Of a stretch of DNA of 64,000 nt, positions 49,901-60,700 are shown piece by piece (the first letter of the stretch is position 1; every line of letters starts with the position of its first letter). The translations under genes were made by a program, and so were the position numbers. Below the pieces are notes generated by a model, which saw only the letters and a list, made by a program, of their open reading frames with translations, had not been told where the DNA came from and searched no databases. Source of the stretch: Bugula neritina. Its lineage: Eukaryota > Animalia > Bryozoa. The stretch is taken from positions 1,674,001 to 1,738,000 of the forward strand of contig CAXIUT010000183.1 in assembly GCA_964035545.1 (NCBI GenBank). Direction: 5' to 3'.

Positions 49901-52900
49901 CAATGCAACTCACTGAAACATACTGCAACATACTGAAATACACTGCAACATCCTACAACATGCTGAAATACACTGTAACATATTGAAATACACTGCAACA
50001 CTTTGAAATATACTGCAACATACCGAAATATATGGTAAACTACTGCAACACACTACAACATATTGAAATACACTGCAACACATTGAAATATACTGCAACA
50101 TACCTAAATATACGGTAATATACTGAAATATACTGTAACACACCGAAATATACTGCAACATACTGAAATACACTGTAACATACTGAAATATACTGCAACA
50201 TACTGCAACATACTGAAATACACTGTAACATACTGAAATAAACTGCAACATACTACAACATATTGAAATACACTGCAGCACATTGAAATATACTGCAACA
50301 TACCTAAATATACGGTAATATACTGAAATATACTGTAACACATTGAAAAAACTGCAACATACTGAAATACACTGCAACACACTGAAATACACCGCAAAAT
50401 ACTACAACATACTGAAATACACTGTATCATATTGAAATCCAGTGCAACACATTGAAATATACTGCAACATACCGAAATAAATGGTAAACTAATGAAATAT
50501 ACTGTAACACATTGAAAAATACCGCAACATACTGAAATATACTGCGACACATTGCAATATACTGTAACATACTGAAATATGCTGTAGCACACTGAAATAC
50601 ACTGCAACACCCTACAACATACTGAAATACACTGTAACATATTGAAATACACCGCAAGAAATTGAAATAGACTGCAACACAACAAAATATATGGTAAACT
50701 ACTGAAATAGACTTTAACACTTTGAAAAATACTGCAACATACAGAAATATACTGTAACACACTGAAATATACTGCAACATACTGAAATACACTGTAACAT
50801 ACTGAAATATACTGCAACATACCTAAATATACGGTAATATACCGAAATATACTGTAACGCATTGCAAAATACTGCAACAAACTGAAATACACTGCGACAC
50901 ACTGAAATACGCTGCAAAATACTACAACACACTGAAATAAACTGTAACATATTGAAATGCACTGCAACACATTGAAAAATACTGCAACATACTGAAATAT
51001 ACTGCGACACCTAGCAATATACTGTAACATACTGAAATATGCTCTAGCACACTGAAATACAATGCAACTCACTGAAATATACTGCAACATACTGAAATAC
51101 ACTGCAACATCCTACAACATGCTGAAATACACTGTAACATATTGAAATACACTGCAACACATTGAAATATACTGCAACATACCTAAATATATGGTAAACT
51201 ACTGCAACACACTACAACATATTGAATTACACTGCAACACATTGAAATATACTGCAACATACCTAAATATACGGTAATATACTGAAATTCACTGTAACGC
51301 ATTGCAAAATACTGCAACATACTGAAATTCACTGCGACACACTGAAATACGCTGCAAAATACTACAACATACTGAAATAAACTGTAACATATTGAAATAC
51401 ACTGCAACACATTGAAAAATATTGCAACATACTGAAATTTACTGTAACACACTGAAATATACTGCAACATACTGAAATACACTGTAACATACTGAAATAT
51501 ACTGCAACATACTGAAATACACTGCTACATACTGAAATATACTGCAACATACTGCAACATACTGCAATACACTGTAACATACTGAAATACACTGCAACAT
51601 ACTACAACATATTGAAATACACTGCAACACATTTAAACACACTGCAACTTACCGAATATATGGTAAACTACTGAAATATACTGTAACGCATTGGAAAGTA
51701 CTGCAACATACTGAAATATATTGCGACACATTGCAATAAACTGTAACATACTGAAAAATGCTGTAGCACGCTGAAATGCACTGCCATTCACTGAAATATA
51801 CTGCAACATACTGAAATACACCGCAACATCCTACAACATACTGAAATACACTGTAACATAACGAAACATATGGTAAACTACTGAAATATATTTTAACACA
51901 TTGAAAAATACTGCAACATACTGAAATATATTTTAACACATTGAAAAATACTGCATTATACTGAAATGTACTGTAACACACTGAAGTACACTGCAACTCA
52001 CTGAAATATACTGCAATATACTGAAATACACTGCAACATCCTACAAAATGCTGAAATACACTGTAACATATTGAAAAAAACTGCAACATACTGAAATATA
52101 CTGCGACACCTAGCAATATACTGTAACATACTGAAATATGCTCTAGCACACTGAAATACAATGCAACTCACTGAAATATACTGCAATATACTGAAATACA
52201 CTGCAACATCCTACAAAATGCTGAAATACACTGTAACATATTGAAATACACTGCAACAGATTGAAATATACTGCAACATACCGAAATATATGTAAACTAC
52301 TGAAATATACTGTAACACACTGAAATATACTGCAACATACTGAAATACACTGTAACATACTGAAATATACTGCAACATACTGAAATACACTGCTACATAC
52401 TGAAATATACTGCAACATACTGCAACATACTGCAATACACTGTAACATACTGAAATACACTGCAACATACTACAACATACTGAAATACACTGCAACACAT
52501 TGAAATATACTGCAACATACCTAAATATACGGTAATATACAGAAATGTACTGTAACATACTGGAACACACTGTAACACACGGAAATATACTACAAAACAC
52601 TGAAATACACTGCAACATACTGAAATACGCTGTAACATACTGAAATACACTGCAACATCCTACAAAATGCTGAAATACACTGTAACATATTGAAATACAC
52701 TGCAACACTTTGAAATATACTGCAACATACCGAAATATATGGTAAACTACTGAAATATACTGTAACACATTGAAAAATACTGCAACATACTGAAATATAC
52801 TGCGACACCTAGCAATATACTGTAACATACTGAAATATGCTCTAGCACACTGAAATAGAATGCAACATACTGAAATATACTGCAACATACTGAAATACAC

Positions 52901-55900
52901 TGCAACATCCTACAACATGCTGAAATACACTGTAACATATTGAAATACACTGCAACACTTTGAAATATACTGCAACATACCGAAATATATGGTAAAATAC
53001 TGCAACATACTACAACATATTGAAATACACTGCAACACATTGAAATATACTGCAACATACCTAAATGTACGGTAATATACTGAAATATACTGTAACACAT
53101 TGAAAAATACTGCAACATACTGAAATACACTGTAACATACTGAAATATACTGCAACATACTGAAATACTTTGCTACATACTGAAACATACTGCAACATAC
53201 TGCAACATACTGAAATACACTGTAATATACTGAAATAAACTGCAACATAGTACAACATATTGAAATACATTGCAACACATTGAAATATACTGCAACATAC
53301 CTAAATATACGGTAATATACTGAAATATACTGTAACACGTGGAAAAAACTGCAATATACTGAAATACACTGCAACACACTGAAATACACCGCAAAATACT
53401 ACAACATACTGAAATACACTGTAACATATTGAAATACACTGCAACACATTGAAATATACTGCAACATACCGAAATATATGGTAAACTAATGAAATATACT
53501 GTAACACATTGAAAAATACCGCAACATACTGAAATATACTGCGACACTTTGCAATATACTGTAACATACTGAAATATGCTGTAGCACACTGAAATACACT
53601 GCAACATCCTACAAAATACTGAAATACATTGTAACATATTGAAATACACTGCAACACATTGAAATATACTGCAACATAACAAAATATATGGTAAACTACT
53701 GAAATAGACTTTAACAGATTGAAAAATACTGCAACATACTGAAATATACTGTAACACACTGAAGTATACTGCAACATACTGAAATACACTGTAACATACT
53801 GAAATGCTTTGCAACATACTACCACATTTTGAAATACACTGCAACACATTGAAATGTACTGCAACATACCGAAATATATGGTAAACTACTAAAATATACT
53901 GTAACACATTGAAAAATACTGCAACGTACTGAAATATACTGCGACACCTAGCAATATACTGTAACATACTGAAATATGCTCTAGCACACTGAAATACAAT
54001 GCAACTTACTGAAATATACTGCAACATACTGAAATACACTGCAACATCCTACAATATGCTAAAATACACTGTAACATATTGAAATACACTGCAACACTTT
54101 GAAATATACTGCAACATACCGAAATATATGGTAAACTACTGCAACATACTACAACATATTGAAATACACTGCAACACATTGAAATATACTGCAACATACC
54201 TAAACATACGGTAATATACTGAAATATACTGTAACACATTGAAAAATACTGCAACATACTGAAATATACTGTAACACACCGAAATATACAGCAACATACT
54301 GAAATACACTGTAACATACTGAAATATACTGCAACACACTGAAACACACTGCTACATACTGAAATATACTGCAACATACTGCAACATACTGCAACATACT
54401 GAAATACACTGTAACATACTGAAATAAACTGCAACATACTACAACATATTGAAATACACTGCAACACATTGAAATATACTGCAACATACCTAAATATACG
54501 GTAATATACTGAAATTCACTGTAACGCATTTCAAAATACTGCAACATACTGAAATTCACTGCGACACACTGAAATACGCTGCAAAATACTACAACATACT
54601 GAAATAAACTGTAACATATTGAAATACACTGCAACACATTGAAAAATACTGCAACATACTGAAATATACTGTAACACACTGAAATATACTGCAACATACT
54701 GAAATACACTGTAACATACTGAAATATACTGCAACATACTGAAATACACTGCTACATACTGAAATATACTGCAACATACTGCAATACACTGTAACATACT
54801 CAAATACACTGCAACATACTACAATATATTGAAATACACTGCAACACATTTAAACACACTGCAACTTACCGAATATATGGTAAACTACTGAAATATACTG
54901 TAACGCATTGAAAAGTACTGCAACATACTGAAATATATTGCAACACATTGCAATAAACTGTAACATACTGAAAAATGCTGTAGCACACTGAAATACACTG
55001 CCATTCACTGAAATATACTGCAACATACTGAAATACACCGCAACATCCTACAACATACTGAAATACACTGTAACATAACGAAACATATGGTAAACTACTG
55101 AAATATATTTTAACACATTGAAAAATACTGCAACATACTGAAATATATTTTAACACATTGAAAAATACTGCAACATACTGAAATATACTGTAACACACTG
55201 AAGTACACTGCAACTCACTGAAATATACTGCAATATACTGAAGTACACTGCAACATCCTACAAAATGCTGAAATACACTGTAACATATTGAAAAAACTGC
55301 AACATACTGAAATATACTGCGACACCTAGCAATATACTGTAACATACTGAAATATGCTCTAGCACACTGAAATACAATGCAACTCACTGAAACATACTGC
55401 AACATACTGAAATACACTGCAACATCCTACAACATGCTGAAATACACTGTAACATATTGAAATACACTGCAACACTTTGAAATATACTGCAACATACCGA
55501 AATATATGGTAAACTACTGCAACACACTACAACATATTGAAATACACTGCAACACATTGAAATATACTGCAACATACCTAAATATACGGTAATATACTGA
55601 AATATACTGTAACACACCGAAATATACTGCAACATACTGAAATACACTGTAACATACTGAAATATACTGCAACATACTGAAATACACTGCTACATACTGA
55701 AATATACTGCAACATACTGCAACATACTGAAATACACTGTAACATACTGAAATAAACTGCAACATACTACAACATATTGAAATACACTGCAGCACATTGA
55801 AATATACTGCAACATACCTAAATATACGGTAATATACTGAAATATACTGTAACACATTGAAAAAACTGCAACATACTGAAATACACTGCAACACACTGAA

Positions 55901-56802
55901 ATACACCGCAAAATACTACAACATACTGAAATACACTGTATCATATTGAAATCCAGTGCAACACATTGAAATATACTGCAACATACCGAAATAAATGGTA
56001 AACTAATGAAATATACTGTAACACATTGAAAAATACCGCAACATACTGAAATATACTGCGACACATTGCAATATACTGTAACATACTGAAATATGCTGTA
56101 GCACACTGAAATACACTGCAACACCCTACAACATACTGAAATACACTGTAACATATTGAAATACACCGCAAGAAATTGAAATAGACTGCAACACAACAAA
56201 ATATATGGTAAACTACTGAAATAGACTTTAACACTTTGAAAAATACTGCAACATACAGAAATATACTGTAACACACTGAAATATACTGCAACATACTGAA
56301 ATACACTGTAACATACTGAAATATACTGCAACATACCTAAATATACGGTAATATACCGAAATATACTGTAACGCATTGCAAAATACTGCAACAAACTGAA
56401 ATACACTGCGACACACTGAAATACGCTGCAAAATACTACAACACACTGAAATAAACTGTAACATATTGAAATACACTGCAACACATTGAAAAATACTGCA
56501 ACATACTGAAATATACTGCGACACCTAGCAATATACTGTAACATACTGAAATATGCTCTAGCACACTGAAATACAATGCAACTCACTGAAATATACTGCA
56601 ACATACTGAAATACACTGCAACATCCTACAACATGCTGAAATACACTGTAACATATTGAAATACACTGCAACACATTGAAATATACTGCAACATACCTAA
56701 ATATATGGTAAACTACTGCAACACACTACAACATATTGAAATACACTGCAACACATTGAAATATACTGCAACATACCTAAATATACGGTAATATACTGAA
56801 AT
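46933..56802. repeat. Duplication of a ~4.4-kb block (46.9-51.3 kb and 52.3-56.8 kb), offset 5365-5514 bp
   Basis: Offsets are 5365 (47028/52393, 47808/53173), 5475 (49375/54850) and 5514 (50427/55941, 51183/56697). Shared private variants include TAGAATGC, TACTTTGCTAC, GCGACACTTTGC and GAAATAAATGG. Confidence 0.85.
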
Positions 56803-56999
56803 ATACTGTAACACACCGAAATATATTGCAACATACTGAAATACGCTGTAACATACTGAAATACACTGCAACATACTACAACATATTGAAATACACTGCA
56901 ACACATTGAAATGTACTGCAACATACCGAAATATACGGTAATATACTGAAATATACAGTAACACATTGAAAAATACTGCAACATACTGAAATACACTGC

Positions 57000-57001
57000 A
57001 A
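57000..57001. other. 2-bp target-site duplication AA (second copy at 57758-57759)
   Basis: The filled site reads ACTGC-AA-[element]-AA-CACACTGAAAC and the empty site reads ACTGC-AA-CACACTGAAAC. The satellite phase shift across the insertion matches 756+2 bp. Confidence 0.85.
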
Positions 57002-57020
57002 CACAGGATAGTTAAGGGCA
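57002..57020 (+). repeat. Left terminal inverted repeat, CACAGGATAGTTAAGGGCA
   Basis: Exact reverse complement of 57739-57757. Confidence 0.97.
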
Positions 57021-57399
57021 TCCTCACTAAGAATATTATAAATTTCTCTCAAAATGTAGTTCAGGTTCTTGAATAATATTGCTCTGCGGGTGGCATGCGT
57101 GTTGCCTACTTGTAATTGTTTAGCCTGAGATCAAACTACAACCAATAAGCAGCAACCTTCGTTAGGGCTGCGAAATCTATCAACATTCCATTATGGGTGC
57201 TACATAAACAAAGTACAAAGAGAGCTATTCATTATAGCCTGCCAGCTAGCTAGCCTGTAATTATTATGTAGGCGCCAATATCTTCTCATCCCTACGTGCT
57301 TAGTGAAGCGTGAAGTGCTGCGCGCTGCTAGTTTCTTATGAGAAAATATGGCATTTTCAGTGTATAAATCACCAATTTATGAGCAATCTAGCAGAGTTA

Positions 57400-57686
57400 T
57401 TGAAAAAAGAAAAAAACTTACACTGGAGAAATATCTCAGGATTCCAGCAGTGCAAATTTTATTCAGATATCAAACTTTGCTGCTGAGATATTTCACTGGT
57501 ACTGAAAAGTCAGCTTTTCAGGCAAAATTGGCCAAAATTCGGCAGTTTTTTGTCTATAACTTCGCAAAAAAAATGAAAATTGAAATTTCCAAAAAACTTA
57601 CACTGGAGAAAAAGAAGATCTACAACATAGTTTTTAAATTTTGACTCTAGCACAATTAGGTGAGATTTTATTTTACTGGTACTGAA
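57400..57686. repeat. Degenerate internal direct duplication with 180-bp offset inside the MITE
   Basis: AAAAAACTTACACTGGAGAAA occurs at 57411 and 57591, ACTGGTACTGAA at 57495 and 57675, and TTGAAA at 57400 and 57580. All three pairs are exactly 180 bp apart. Confidence 0.8.
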
Positions 57687-57738
57687 TTCTTATATGATTA
57701 CAATGCAAACCTCAGCAAGGCAGTTGCAGCTAAAAGGT

Positions 57739-57757
57739 TGCCCTTAACTATCCTGTG
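57739..57757 (-). repeat. Right terminal inverted repeat, TGCCCTTAACTATCCTGTG
   Basis: Exact reverse complement of 57002-57020. Confidence 0.97.
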
Positions 57758-60700
57758 AACACACTGAAACACACCGCAAAAAACTACAACATACTGAAAT
57801 ACACTGTAACATATTGAAGTACACTGCAACACATTTAAATATTTTGCAACATACCAAAATATATGGTAAACAACTGAAATATACTTTAACACATTGAAAA
57901 ATACTGCAACATACTGAAATATACTGCGACACATTGCAATATACTGTAACATAACGAAATATGCTCTAGCACACTGAAATACACTGCAACTCACTGAAAT
58001 ATACTGCAACATACTGAAATACACTGTGACATACTGAAATATACTGCAACATACTGAAATACACTGCTACATACCGAAATATACTGCAACATACTGCAAC
58101 ATACTGAAATACACTGCAGCATACTACAACATACTGGAATACACTGCAACACATTGAAATATACTGCAACATACCTAAATATACGGTAATATACCGAAAT
58201 ATACTGTAACGCATTGCAAAATACTGCAACAAACTGAAATACACTGCGACACACTGAAATACGCTGCAAAATACTACAACACACTGAAATAAACTGTAAC
58301 ATATTGAAATACACTGCAACACATTGAAAAATACTGCAACATACTGAAATATACTGCGACACCTAGCAATATACTGTAACATACTGAAATATGCTCTAGC
58401 ACACTGAAATACAATGCAACTCACTGAAATATACTGCAACATACTGAAATACACTGCAACATCCTACAACATGCTGAAATACACTGTAACATATTGAAAT
58501 ACACTGCAACACATTGAAATATACTGCAACATACCTAAATATATGGTAAACTACTGCAACACACTACAACATATTGAAATACACTGCAACACATTGAAAT
58601 ATACTGCAACATACCTAAATATACGGTAATATACTGAAATATACTGTAACACACCGAAATATACTGCAACATACTGAAATACACTGTAACATACTGAAAT
58701 ATACTGCAACATACTGAAATACACTGCTACATACTGAAATACACTGCAACATACTGCAACATACTGAAATACACTGTAACATACTGAAATAAACTGCAAC
58801 ATACTACAACATATTGAAATACACTGCAACACATTGAAATATACTGCAACATACCTAAATATACGGTAATATACTGAAATATACTGTAACACATTGAAAA
58901 AACTGCAACATACTGAAATACACTGCAACACACTGAAATACACCGCAAAATACTACAACATACTGAAATACACTGTAACATATTGAAATCCAGTGCAACA
59001 CATTGAAATATACTGCAACATACCGAAATATATGGTAAACTAATGAAATATACTGTAACACATTGAAAAATACCGCAACATACTGAAATATACTGCGACA
59101 CATTGCAATATACTGTAACATACTGAAATATGCTGTAGCACACTGAAATACACTGCAACACCCTACAACATACTGAAATACACTGTAACATATTGAAATA
59201 CACCGCAAGAAATTGAAATAGACTGCAACACAACAAAATATATGGTAAACTACTGAAATAGACTTTAACACTTTGAAAAATACTGCAACATACAGAAATA
59301 TACTGTAACACACTGAAATATACTGCAACATACTGAAATACACTGTAACATACTGAAATATACTGCAACATACTGAAATACACTGCTACATACTGAAATA
59401 TACTGCAACATACTGCAACATACTGCAACATACCGAAATACGCTGTAACATACTGAAATACACTGCAACATACTACAACATATTGAAATACACTGCAACA
59501 CATTGAAATGTACTGCAACATACCGAAATATACGGTAATATACTGAAATATACAGTAACACATTGAAAAATACTGCAACATACTGAAATACACTGCAACA
59601 CACTGAAACACACCGCAAAAAACTACAACATACTGAAATACACTGTAACATATTGAAGTACACTGCAACACATTTAAATATACTGCAACATACCAAAATA
59701 TATGGTAAACAACTGAAATATACTTTAACACATTGAAAAATACTGCAACATACTGAAATATACTGCGACACATTGCAATATACTGTAACATAACGAAATA
59801 TGCTCTAGCACACTGAAGTACACTGCAACTCACTGAAATATACTGCAACATACTGAAATACACTGTGACATACCGAAATATACTGCAACATACTGCAACA
59901 TACTGAAATTCACTGCAGCATACTGCAACATACTGAAATACACTGCAACACATTGAAATACACTGCAACTTACCGAATATATGGTAAACTACTGAAATAT
60001 ACTGTAACGCATTGAAAAGTACTGCAACATACTGAAATATATTGCGACACATTGCAATAAACTGTAACATACCTAAATATACGGTAATATACTGAAATTC
60101 ACTGTAACGCATTGCAAAATACTGCAACATACTGAAATTCACTGCGACACACTGAAATACGCTGCAAAATACTACAACATACTGAAATAAACTGTAACAT
60201 ATTGAAATACACTGCAACACATTGAAAAATACTGCAACATACTGAAATATACTGTAACACACTGAAATATACTGCAACATACTGAAATACACTGTAACAT
60301 ACTGAAATATACTGCAACATACTGAAATACACTGCTACATACTGAAATATACTGCAACATACTGCAACATACTGCAATACACTGTAACATACTGAAATAC
60401 ACTGCAACATACTACAACATATTGAAATACACTGCAACACATTGAAATACACTGCAACTTACCGAATATATGGTAAACTACTGAAATATACTGTAACGCA
60501 TTGAAAAGTACTGCAACATACTGAAATATATTGCGACACATTGCAATAAACTGTAACATACTGAAAAATGCTGTAGCACACTGAAATACACTGCCATTCA
60601 CTGAAATATACTGCAACATACTGAAATACACCGCAACATCATACAACATACTGAAATACACTGTAACATAACGAAACATATGGTAAACTACTGAAATATA

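Larger units (their letters stand above)
1..57001. repeat. Satellite array, left part: 10-bp unit alternating ACTGAAATA(T/C) and ACTG(C/T)AACA(T/C), giving a 20-bp dimer, with higher-order organisation; likely continues beyond the left edge
   Basis: Unbroken 10-bp periodicity is visible in every line in a single orientation. The consensus 20-mer has A9 T5 C4 G2. Recurrent variant motifs include GGTAAACT, GCGACACCTAGC, TGCTCTAGC, CATCCTACAA and CGGTAATAT. Confidence 0.99.
57002..57757. mobile_element. 756-bp non-autonomous TIR DNA transposon (MITE-like), probably CMC/EnSpm(CACTA)-like
   Basis: Non-satellite sequence bounded by perfect 19-bp TIRs, CACAGGATAGTTAAGGGCA and TGCCCTTAACTATCCTGTG (22/23 match if extended). 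It is flanked by AA on both sides, while the empty site (e.g. 2121-2150) has a single AA. No transposase is encoded. The superfamily call rests only on the CAC termini plus the 2-bp TSD. Confidence 0.93.

Noticed and set aside
57002-57045. RAG/Transib RSS-like end (CACAG)
   Set aside because: It matches only 5 of 7 heptamer bases, has no nonamer, and the TSD is 2 bp rather than the 5 bp of Transib or ProtoRAG.
57121-57180. Hammerhead ribozyme (hairpin followed by GAAA at 57172)
   Set aside because: The required CUGANGA core is absent immediately upstream of the stem, which reads CCAATAA, and I saw no matching core on the minus strand.
57348-57644. 98-aa + strand ORF inside the MITE
   Set aside because: It is short and K/F/I-rich because of the A/T runs, the repeated KKLTLEK simply reflects the 180-bp DNA duplication, and no transposase or other motif is recognisable.
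57000-57763. Alternative 6-bp TSD (AACACA) with the element starting at 57006
   Set aside because: This parse removes four bases of an otherwise perfect terminal inverted repeat. The AA parse explains both the TIR and the empty site.
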